A stretch of 64,000 bases of DNA. It comes from the human T2T-CHM13v2.0 reference genome, Homo sapiens. Where the stretch lies: assembly GCF_009914755.1 (NCBI RefSeq), contig NC_060929.1; one strand, written 5' to 3'. The first letter of the stretch is position 1, and each line of letters begins with the position of its first letter. Both the position numbers and the translations under genes were made by a program. The notes beneath the pieces are model-generated. The model was not told the DNA's origin, ran no database searches, and was given only the letters and a program-made list of their open reading frames with translations. Of the stretch, positions 53,090 through 64,000 are shown piece by piece.

Positions 53090-53570
53090 GTGGTTGCAGG
53101 TGAAAGCTTTGGAGTTGGAGGCTCTTGTATTTGAGTGTAGCTTCTTACCAGCTCTGAGAACTTAGAAAGATTCCTTAACCTCTAAGCCTCAGTTTTCCTA
53201 ACATTGAAATGGGGAGTAACTTAATACCTCTCTTATCTTGTTGTTGTCAGAATATGGATGTGCATATTCTTGCAGCCCAACTCAACTGTCACTTGTTCAG
53301 GGTAGCTTTCCTGACATCTGTTACTAGGTCAATTTCCTTTCTTACATGCTTAAGTACAGCCAGACTCTTTTAAGAGCACTCATTCACGATTTTGTGCATT
53401 TGTTAGTAGGATTAATTTGATTAATCCGTCTTCCTCAACCAAAGTATGGGTTTCATGAGACCAGGGATCAGTCTTGTTGTTTTTCTTTTTTTAAAGCTAA
53501 TTATTGTATCTTCAGTGCCCCCCAGCACTGTACCAAGCATCTGCTTTACATATATTTTTGAATAAATAAA
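53090..53570 (+). mobile_element. MIR followed by an L2 3' end
   Basis: ccttaacctctaagcctcagttttc; catgagaccagggatcagtcttg...tatttttgaataaataa. Confidence 0.65.
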
Positions 53571-56338
53571 ACTTAACATGTAAAGCAATCAACACATTTC
53601 CTGAAATACAGTATGCATTTCGCTCATTGCAGAAAATGTACAACTATAGTGGTACATTTACTTGTTTCAAGGATATTCATTATCTGCTCTTACTCTCCCA
53701 ACCCACAATCTAATCTCTGTCTCCAGAAGTAGGGAAATATAGTGCTTTATGTGGGTTTGTGTGTGTGTGTGAAACTGGTTTGTAAATGGTAAAGTGTTCT
53801 ATAAATACCCGGTGTAGTTGATTATGAGAACCTTCTAATGACTGTTCCAGGGTTAAGCAAACTGTTGGTTTTCCATCAATGCCTGTGGTTGGACACATTT
53901 GCCCATTAAGAGATACATAGTTGAGGAATGCTTGTTTCTATCAGCCTCGAGACTGAAACCTTTCTCACCTTGTATTGGATTTGAATATAGGCATTAGGAA
54001 AGGTCATGTGTTGATTTACTTTAAAGGCATTTCCTGTGTGGCCAGGTTCTAATTGGATTCCATCTTATCATGAAAGTGATCTTACTATGTCTCCTCAGGG
54101 TGCTATTGGTCTAGCAATTCTCTTTGATAACATTCTGGTTTGCTACAGCTCTTTCAAATCCAGACCCAGAGGAGTCTGGGATAGGGAAATATTAACATTT
54201 AGATTTATTTCTCATGGCAGTTGTGTAATTGAATTTCTCTCTTGCTAACCCATTTTAAACTGGTGTAACTATCACTGTCTCCAGTGGAACTCTTAAATAG
54301 AAAGCATTGGTGGAATAATGTCTACTAAAAAGGATTATATCAATTCAGTCTACCCTCAGCATTCTGTACAAAAAATTTGCCATATTCAATAGCACTGAAA
54401 TACATTTTCAAAGGTGTCAGTATTTCTATTCCAGGGACCTTTAAAGATCATTTAGTCCCTCTAGGTCTCTAAGTGGAACAATTTCTTGGGCAGGTCAGAA
54501 ATGTAATTGTCATGATATATGAAAGACACGTTTTCCTTATTTCTGCTTACAACCTTTCTGTCAAAATCCAATATGTATTTAATTGTTCAAATGTTCTCTG
54601 GAAGAGATGATTTGAGGAAATTTGAGGATTTATAGTTTATTAGATACATTCTGCAATACACAGTTGAAACTCATTTATATAAAATGAGTATGAATTTTGT
54701 TCCATATATCTAAGTATAAGAAAAACACATTCATTTCTTTATAATAAATTGAATTAAACTCTGAGAACCCACTTTCCAGCTGCCAAGTTTTGGGACACCT
54801 TCCTCCTTCCTACTGTCTCAAAAATCAGGGTAACTCTGTGTCTCTGGGGCATGTAAAAAGCATCCACAAAGTCCAATTTATTATGGGGCTCACTGTCCAA
54901 GATTGATAGTCTATTTGGGGAAGGGTGAGTTTGTCACTGTGTACTGACTGTAGGCCTGGTGACCCTTTATAACAGCTCTATGCCATGATGGAAGAGACAC
55001 TAAAATGCTAACAGAAGAGTAGATTCTTTCCTAGAGTTCATCTAGTGGTATTACTTCTCAGTTTAAGACACATAACTATTGACGTACAACTTGAACATGC
55101 AGTGGCAGTCAGATGTTAGAGCACTGGGACAGTTGAAGTACTCTAAGAGCAAGGCTGTGAGAAGTAGTCAAAGAGTGTCACTTTTCAGAAGTCTTTGCTC
55201 CTCCACCAGATCAACCGGGTGGGCCTTACCTGCCTAATTGCTAGCTGGCTGCCTCCACCTATTCTGCCTCCCTGCTCCACCCTAACCTTCACTAGCATCT
55301 AGTGGAGGAACTGTCATATCAGAAAATACAAGTCACCATGCAGATGCAGCCTTCTTCTCTTATGGAAATGTAACCCTCACAAGAAAATCTCAAACCTGCT
55401 TTCTTTTTCCATTGGAGGAAGCTCCCTCAAGAATCCAGCCTACACTGCGCATTTGTGGTTGTCCCCCATTAAACATTTATACCATTGCCGTCAGCTCCTG
55501 ATTTCTATCTGGAGGTTCACGTTGTTCCAGGGAACCTGACCAATCCCTTGAAAAATCCCACCCATTGAATGGGGGGAACTGATGTTGCTTGTTACTTGAT
55601 TCAAGCCTCCTGGTGGGCAGAAGGTATTCTTAATTCTCCTAATCCAGCCTCTGTCTTAGGCAGATCCTGTGCATTAAACCTCACAGTGGGGCTTTCTCGG
55701 TGTTCCTGTTCCCCCTGCCAGGGCTGCAAAACTCTGCCTTGTGTTAGTCTTGTGTGAGAGCGTGTTTCCTGCCCCTCCTGCAATGGAGGAGCCTAGATCT
55801 GATTGAGTCTCCTGGACCTCCTTTAGTAGAAGGTGGCTTTGGGCTGGGCCTACTGAGAGGTGAAAAAGTTTCCTATGCAGATAGCTTTTATTGTTCCTCT
55901 AGGTTTCCTTATTTTTATCAGATTGGGAAAAAAGTTTAAAGGTTTAACAATATAATTGCTTTTTGGTGAGAAGTTATGCCAAAAAATAGACCTCTTATAT
56001 TGCTGAACACAGAGCTAAAATGTCCAACTGCCATGGAGGGGGAACTCAGTGTCAAAGAAAAGTACATATTAATTTTATCAATAATACCAAACCTATGAAT
56101 CTACTTCTAAAATATGCTGAAACAGTTATGAAACATATGTGCAAGATCTTTTTGCACTATTTTTAAAACAAGAGTTGAAACATCCATTAACAAAGACTTG
56201 ATTGAATAAAAAACATATTTATACAATAAAGTCAGCAAAAGTGAAGGAGGAAGATATCTGTGTGTAAACATGACATCATCTTTATGCTATATTGGGAAAT
56301 GGAAAAACATCATATAGAATGGTAGGTAGCGAGGTAAA

Positions 56339-56793
56339 TATTATGGTTAATTTGATGTGTCAACGTGGCTAGGTTATGTGCCCAGCTGTTTGGTGAAACA
56401 CTAATGTAGATATTGCTGTGAAGATACTTTGTAAGTGTAACATTTACAGTCAGCTGGATTGCTTCTCAGCATTTTGGCTAAGATCAAATGTAGTACAATC
56501 AGTTGGCCTTAAGTACAGCAGATTACCCTGTATAGTGTGAGTGGGCCTCATCCAATCAGTTGATGGTCTCGAGCAAAATCTGAGGTTTCCTGGAGAAGAA
56601 GGCATTCTCCCTCAAGACTGAAGCATAGAAATGCTGCCTGAATTTCCAACTTGCTTGCCTGCCCTAAAAACTTTGAGCTTGCCAGCTCCACAATCAAGTT
56701 GAGCCAATTCATTAAAATCCCAAAAGCTCAAAGTCAATCTCTTTATCTTCTTTCATATTGGCTCTGTTTCTCCGGAGAACCCTGACTGATACA
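56339..56793 (+). mobile_element. MLT2 (C/D-type) ERVL LTR inside an old L1ME fragment
   Basis: atggttaatttgatgtgtcaac...gtgggcctcatccaatcagttga...ctgtttctccggagaaccctgactgataCA. Confidence 0.88.
56458..56495 (+). pseudogene. U2 snRNA 5'-fragment (nt 1-38) tailless retropseudogene
   Basis: ATTGCTTCTCAGCATTTTGGCTAAGATCAAATGTAGTA vs recalled U2 ATCGCTTCTCGGCCTTTTGGCTAAGATCAAGTGTAGTA (34/38); TSD acagtcagctgg/acaatcagttgg. Confidence 0.92.
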
Positions 56794-57902
56794 GCAGAAA
56801 AATAAATGCTGTAGTGATATAGCATGCTGCCTTTTGTGTATAACACAAAATATCAGAGGGAGAAAGTAGAAACTACCCAAAAAAATCAGCTGCAGGAAGC
56901 AATTGGAACAGAGAGAGGAAAAATTGAAAATGAGACTTAGTGGAGTACATTCCATATAGTTATCTAATAAACTTGTTTTTCTATTGAAATACAATTTTTT
57001 TTTCATTTTGGAACCATGTCAAGTTTTATCTCTTCATGAGTTTAACATTCTTTTCTTTTAAAATATTGCTATGTAGTTATGGATATATAAGCAGTATACT
57101 GGCTAGTCTTATAATTTTTTGATTTTTATAAAAATAGAACCATACTTCAGAGGAAAGGTTATCAGAGGGAAAAAACATTTGTCAGACATAAAACAAGTAT
57201 CTATTCCTGAGATGCATCCAAATTGGTATCTTTATTTTTTCCCCTTGCTATACAGTATTGCATTGTGTGAATATACTACAATCTTTAACATTTCTTGTTG
57301 ATTATACCTTTCTTCTTTAGTGCTGAAGCCAGTTCTGAATGATTACACTTTTATAAAAATTCTTGTGCAGCTCTTACTACACAAGGGCAAGAGTCTCTAG
57401 GGTATTTATCTAAATGCACAAAAGCAGAATTGTGCAGGGATACGAGGTTATGGGCACCTTCAGCTTACTAGGTGATGCGTGTTTTTCCAAATCGCACCCC
57501 TAGCCAGGAGTGTGTGAAGTGAGTTCTCATTGCTCCATATCCTTAACAACACTTGTTATTGCCATTTTTTCTAACTTCTGATGACCTGGTGGTTACAAAA
57601 TGATTGAATTGTAAATTTCAGTGATTTGTTTCTAGGCATACCTTTAGTAACTTTAAATATTTTTTTCAAAGTCTTTCTCTCTAGTTTTAAACAGTTCTCT
57701 TTATTTTTAAATTGTCCTAGGCTTACTTTTATATTGTTTTTTTAGATTTTGTTTTATCTGAAATTCTTGGTTTTAGCCATCCTATTGTGTCTATTAATTC
57801 TCATCCTAGAGGATATCCTTTTGTGTTTTATAATTTTTTATTGCCTGCTTATTTCGGTGGTATTGTATCTGATAGAATCCTCTGTAGCCAAAGGTGCTAT
57901 GT

Positions 57903-58190
57903 GGTTTGTGTTTCATTTTGTTGAGACGAGATTTCACTCTGTTACCCAGGCTAGAGTACAGGGGTGTGATCATGGCTCACTGCAGCCTTCAACTCCTGGG
58001 CTCAGCCTCCCAGTTAGGTGGGATTAGAGACATTCATCATTATGCCCAGCTAATTTTTTAAAAAAAAAATTATAGAGATGGGGTTTTGCTATGTTGCCCA
58101 GGCTGGTCTTGAACTTCTGGGCTCAAGTTACCCTCCTGCCTCAGCCTCCCAAAGTGTGGGATTACAGGCATAAGTCACCATGCTGGGACT
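57903..58190 (-). mobile_element. AluJ, diverged with an internal deletion
   Basis: gatcatggctcactgcagcctt...ctatgttgcccaggctggtcttgaac; TSD gtgctatgt at 57894 and 58192. Confidence 0.9.
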
Positions 58191-58221
58191 AGTGCTATGT
58201 TCTTTCTCTAGGGTGTTTTTT

Positions 58222-59955
58222 CTTTTCTTTTTTTTTTTTTTTTTATTGATCATTCTTGGGTGTTTCTCGCAGAGGGGGATTTGGCAGGGTCATAGGACAA
58301 TAGTGGAGGGAAGGTCAGCAGATAAACAAGTGAACAAAGGTCTCTGGTTTTCCTAGGCAGAGGACCCTGGGGCCTTCCGCAGTGTTTGTGTCCCTGGGTA
58401 CTTGAGATTAGGGAGTGGTGATGACTCTTAACGAGCATGCTGCCTTCAAGCATCTGTTTAACAAAGCACATCTTGCACCGCCCTTAATCCATTTAACCCT
58501 GAGTGGACACAGCACATGTTTCAGAGAGCACTGGGTTGGGGGTAAGGTCATAGATCAACAGCATCCCAAGGCAGAAGAATTCTTAGTACAGAACAAAATG
58601 GAGTCTCCTATGTCTACTTCTTTCTACACAGACACAGCAACACTCTGATTTCTCTATCTTTTCCCCACATTTCCCCCTTTTCTATTCGACAAAACCGCCA
58701 TCGTCATCATGGCCCGTTCTCAATGAGCTGTTGGGTACACCTCCCAGACGGGGTGGCGGCCGGGCAGAGGGGCTCCTCACTTCCCAGAAGGGGCGGCCGG
58801 GCAGAGGCGCCCCCCACCTCCCAGACGGGGCGGCTGGCCGGGCGGGGGCTGCCCCCCACCTCCCGGACGGGGTGGCTGGCCGGGCGGGGGCTGCCCCCCA
58901 CCTCCCTCCCTGCCGGGGCGGCTGGCCGGCCGGGGGCTGCCCCCCACCTCCCGGACGGGGCGGCTGCCGGGCGGAGATGCTCCTCACTTCCCAGACAGGG
59001 CGGCTGCCGGGCGGAGGGGATCCTCACTTCTCAGATGGGACGGCTGCCGGGCGGAGGGGCTCCTCACTTCTCAGACGGGGCGGCTGCCGGGTGGAGGGGC
59101 TCCTCACTTCTCAGACGGGGCGGCCGGGCATAGACGCTCCTCACCTCCCAGACGGGGTCACGGCCGGGCAGAGGCGCTCCTCACATCCCAGACTGGGTGG
59201 CGGGGCAGAGGCGCTCCCCACATCTCAGACGATGGGCGGCCGGGCAGAGACGCTCCTCACTTCCTAGACGGGATGGCGGCTGGGAAGAGGTGCTCCTCAC
59301 TTCCCAGACTGGGCAGCCGGGCAGAGGGGCTCCTCACATCCCAGATGATGGGCGGCCAGGCGGAGACGCTCCTCACTTCCCAGACGGGGTGGCGGCCAGG
59401 CAGAGGCTGCAATCTCGGCACTTTGGGAGGCCAAGGCAGGCGGCTGGGAGGTGGAGGTTGTAGCGAGCGGAGATCACGCCACTGCACTCCAGCCTGGGCA
59501 ACATTGAGCACTGAGTGAATGAGACTCCATCTGCAATCCCGGCACCTCGGGAGGCCAAGGCTGGCAGATCACTTGTGGTTAGGAGCTGGAGACCAGCCCG
59601 GCCAACACAGCGAAACCCCGTCTCCACCAAAAAAATACTAAAACCAATCAGGCGTGGCGGCGTGCGCCTGCAATCGCAGGCACTCGGCAGGCTGAGGCGG
59701 GAGAATCAGGCAGGGAGGTTGCAGTGAGCAAAGATGGCGGCAGTACAGTCCAACTTCCGCTCGGCATCAGAGGGAGACCGTGGAAAGAGAGGGAGAGGGA
59801 GACCGTGGGGAGAGGGAGAGGGAGAGGAAGACTGTGGGGAGAGGGAGAGGGAGAGTCAGAGTCAGAGTCAGAGTCAGAGTCAGAGTTAGAGTCAGTGAGA
59901 GTCAGAGTGAGAGTCAGAGTCAGAGTCAGAGTCAGAGTCAGAGTCAGAGTCAGAG
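58222..59955 (-). mobile_element. Full-length SVA retrotransposon (SVA_B/C-like)
   Basis: Poly-T plus tttatt, SINE-R (~58245-58735), GC-rich VNTR (~58735-59400), Alu-like domain (~59400-59770), hexamer domain; perfect 15-bp TSD tctagggtgtttttt at 58207 and 59956. Confidence 0.97.
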
Positions 59956-59957
59956 TC
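59852..59957. repeat. (AGAGTC)n hexamer array, ~17 units, at the SVA 5' end
   Basis: Direct read, with a few variant units. Confidence 0.95.
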
Positions 59958-62039
59958 TAGGGTGTTTTTTTCATTGGCTTCTGACGAGTACTCCAGGAAC
60001 CTCAGCAGCTTCCGACCATGTTGACATCTGATAACTTGAGTTGATGGATTAGAAACTATTTGTATAAGTTTCAATCTCAAATCCATATGATGCATAAGTT
60101 TATGGTTAGAATTTTTCATGGAGAATGTGTCTTTGCCCAAATCCATACCCAAGGTTAAGAAACGAATTTTTAATTGCTTTCTTGTGATATTTTGTTTTCT
60201 TTTTCTATTTCACCTCCTGATGAGAAAGCACCGTAAGCATCTTAGCTTTATACACTCATCTCAGTTCCAACTTTTTGCTTCACTTAGGTCCAGGGACCAC
60301 TCTTCTGTCTTTGGGCAGTAAAACTCAAGCCTCTTAATTACTAGGATTGACAGGGCCCCTGCCATTAGGACAGCCACAGCCTCATCACACAGGATTTTGT
60401 TTGCTCTTCATGTTAGGCCCTATGATATGCTTTTGTCTATTGTCTTAGGTATGCATGTGATACGAGGTTATATTTTATGTAGCATTTCTATATGCTTGTA
60501 GTGAAAATATTCTGAGTTATCTAGCATTTCATATGCTGCAACTTGCAGTCTCTTTAATGTTCCAGTTTATTTACTTATTTTATTTTTAGGGTTTTTTTTT
60601 TGGTGGTGGTGGTTTGTTTTTGTTTATTTGTTTGTTTTTGCAACTGAAATATCCTAACTATTCAATCTCTAAGCTCTCATGTTCTTCCACCCACTAGGGC
60701 ACCTCAGCTTTGCATTATATATATACACTGTTAGATGTCTAGTATTAAGAACACAAAAATTCTCCTTACTCTGACTTGAAAAAAGCCAGAGTCTCTGGGA
60801 TTTAAAGCCCTTCTAGAGAAGGAGAGTGGAAAAGGAGGGAGAAGCAGATTTACTTTTTCCCTTCATTTGCTATAGCAGTGAGAGTATCATAAATCCATAC
60901 ATCAATAAATTATCCTCTACAAACTTGTTGGTATTAATCTGAGGCAAATTTGTCCCAAATAATGTTACATGCGTGCACGCTCACTCCCCTTCCCCTGCCC
61001 CACACACACGCTTTAAAGAGCAGGGTTAGACAAATTAATATACTTCTGGTAAATTACAAGGCTTCGATGCCAAGGCTGCTGTAATGCCACAGAAAAGAAA
61101 AAAATGTTTATTTGAGCATATACTGTTTACCTAGAACTGTCCCAAGTCCATCCTCATAAGCAGCCCTGGAAGACTCTTGATCCTAATTAAAAAATAATCT
61201 TAAAATCCATTCCTTTTAAAACTTATGAAGCTGGAACTATATATAATTTCAAATTACTTCTCTGGTCTTATTTTTTATTGTGAGTTTTTATGCTGAGTAT
61301 TTTCTAAATATTGTAGACGTAAAATATGCAATTAAACTGCTCATTTCTTTATAAACTTTACCGTCTTTTTAAAAAAATCAGAGTATAATATTTAAGTAAA
61401 TCACATTCTTATTTTCAGGGAGTAAAGAGATACTGGACAATTAATATAGAAACTGTAACCCGTAATTCATCTAGTGAAAGGTACGTGAAAATAGATCATT
61501 AATTAAATTAAAAACCAATAATCAAATGTCTCAAAATGATGAGTTTCCCCAACCCAAATGTATGATGTGAACTTTGCAGTCAGGTAAGGCTTTTTGTTCC
61601 TACCCATTTCCTTTTGCTCTATATGTATTATTTTTGCCATGTTTTTGGTGAAAATTATTACTAAAACTTACCACACAGCCATTTCCCCTCTTTAAGAGCA
61701 AAATTCTACCTTCAGCAATAGAATTCTTACTTCTTTTCCCTTTTTTTGTATGTACTTAGACGTTAAACTTATACTTCCATCAGGCATTATTATAGCGTAT
61801 TATGCTAGGGATTGCATGCAAGAAATATTTTTTCCAAGAAAATTATGGCTCTGAAATTTCCATTAATGGACATTTTAAATTAAAATTTAAATTACTTAAA
61901 AACTCCCTTTCAATAACAATGTTTGACTTTTTTTTGTCTCTCCACCTATTCTAAAAAACAAAAATACAAACCCTCACTTATCAAGAGGTCATTTAAAAAA
62001 TATATCCCGGTATCTGACGTTCAGTAACAAAGTCAACTT

Positions 62040-63375
62040 ACCAATGGAACAGAACAGAGGCCTCAGAAATAATGCCACACATCTACAACCATCTGATCTT
62101 TGACAAACCTGACACACATAAGCAATGGGGAAAGGAGTCCCTATTTAATAAATGATGTGGGGAAAACTGGCTAGCCAAATGCAGAAAACTGAAACGGGGC
62201 CCCTTCCTTACACCGTATACAAAAACTAACTCAAGATGGATTAAAGATTTAAATGTAAGATCTAAAACCATAAAAATCCTAGAAGAAAACTTAGGCAGTA
62301 TCATTCAGGACATAGGCATGGGCAAAGACTTCATGACTGAAACACCAAAAGCAATGGCAATAAAAGCCAAAATTGACAAATGGGATCTAATTAAACTAAA
62401 GAGCTTCTGCACAGCAAAAGAAACTATCATCAGAGTGAGCAGGCAACCTACAGAATGGGAGAAAATTTTTGCAATTTATCCATCTGACAAAGGGCTAATA
62501 TCTAGAATCTACAAAGAACTTAAATTTACCAGAAAAAAAATCCCATCAAAAAGTAGGCGAAGGATATGAACAGACACGTCTCAAAAGAAGACATTTATGC
62601 AGCCAATAAACATTAAAAAAAAGCTCATCATCACTGGTTATTAGAGAAATGCAAATCAAAACCACAATGAGATACCATCTCACACCAGTTAGAATGGTGA
62701 ACATTAAAAAGTCAGGAAACAACAGATGCTGGAGAGGATGTAGAGAAATAGAAATGTTTTTACACTGTTGGTGGGAGTGCAAATTAGTTCAACCATTGTG
62801 GAAGACACTGTGGCGATTCTTTGAGGATCTGTAACCAGAAATACCATTTGACCCAGCAATCCCATTACTGGAAATATACCCAAAGGATTATAAATCATTC
62901 TGCTATAAGGACACATACGCATGTATGTTTATTGTGGCACTATTCACAATAGCAAAGACTTGGAACTAACCCAAATGCCCATCAATAATAGACTGGATAA
63001 AGAAAATGTGGCTCATATACACCATGGAATACTATGCAGCCATAAAAAGCATGAGTTCATGTCCTTTGCAGGGACATGGATGAAGCTGGAAACCATCATC
63101 CTCAGCAAACTAACACAGGAACAGAAAACCAAACACCACATGTTCTCACTCATAAGTGGGAGTTGAACAATGAGAACACATGGATATAGGGAGGGGAACA
63201 TCACACACCAGGGCCTGTTGTTGGGTGGGGGGGCTAGGGGAGGGATAGCATTAGGAGAAATACCTAATGTAGATGATGGCTGATGGGGGCAGCAAACCAC
63301 CACGGCACGTGTATACCTAGGTAACAAAACTACATTCTGCACATGTACCCCAGAACTTACAATTTAAAAAAAGTA
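62040..63375 (+). mobile_element. L1PA, 5'-truncated (~1.3 kb): ORF2 C-terminus plus 3' UTR
   Basis: [35 protein letters not shown] and WMKLETIILSKLTQEQKTKHHMFSLISGS; disrupted by stops and frameshifts; G-rich 3' UTR and A tail. Confidence 0.95.
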
Positions 63376-63639
63376 AAACAAAGGATGTTGAATAATCAAA
63401 AAATGCATTATCCTTAGCACTTTAAAAAAAAAAAACTCGATTTTCAGAACACCGGTTGATTTTATTGCCCACAGCAAATTAAATACAACAAATACACAAC
63501 AAGTTGTGACTAGAGTTTGACACACTCAAATTCACAAGAGATGGTTGATGAATGAAAAATCAATAATTCAAATGACTCAAGTCTTTGTTAAGAGTAAGGG
63601 GAAAAGGTTGTTTTCATAGTGATTTTTTTGAGTTTTGAG

Positions 63640-63900
63640 AGTAACTCCTATATATGCCTCAGTTCTCAGTTGAGATATTACTTCTGTAAGGAGACCATCT
63701 CTGAATTCCTACCTCTCTTCCACCACTACCACCTTGAAGTTAGTTCCCTTGTGATAGCATTGATCACACTGTGTCATCATTTCCTCATTATATGCAGTTA
63801 CTACTACTAATTTCCAAGCAAGTTCATGACATTATTTTTATGTGGCTTTCTTAGTCTTGAACAGTGTCTATTACAATAAATATCTTAAAAGAATGAAAGT
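63640..63900 (+). mobile_element. L2 3' end
   Basis: tctcagttgagatattacttct...aacagtgtct...caataaatatcttaaaagaatgaa. Confidence 0.55.
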
Positions 63901-64000
63901 ATTGTCACTGGTGTTTATCACATCTGTGACCTGGAATTAATAATTAATTGAAGTAATGAACTTTCAGAACTGAATAGCTTGGGAAAATTAGTCTATCCAT

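Noticed and set aside
58250-60152. Cluster of long overlapping ORFs, including (RV)n, (SE)n, (SQ)n and (DS)n peptides
   Set aside because: Stop-poor GC-rich SVA VNTR and hexamer repeat; SVA is non-coding

Overview
This is primate, most likely hominid, non-coding genomic DNA: it carries AluY/AluS/AluJ, L1PA, THE1 and a full-length SVA. It is mostly AT-rich and dense in interspersed repeats (L2, MIR, old L1M, MaLR/ERVL/ERV1 LTRs, MER5/MER20/Tigger). I recognise no protein-coding gene, tRNA, rRNA or CRISPR array, and the ORF track is explained by repeats or chance. I found no support for a new multi-gene system. The best signals are retrotransposition structures: (1) a ~2.3 kb AT-rich insert, probably an mRNA 3'-UTR retrocopy, that splits an LTR8 ~20 bp from its start and contains an AluY; (2) an SVA whose 5' hexamer array has switched from CCCTCT to GACTCT; (3) a 38-nt tailless U2 snRNA retropseudogene inside an MLT2 LTR; (4) two twin-primed, 5'-inverted L1PA copies; (5) an old ~110 bp local duplication inside an L1M. 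Family names come from remembered consensus sequences, not a database search, and boundaries of old repeats are approximate.
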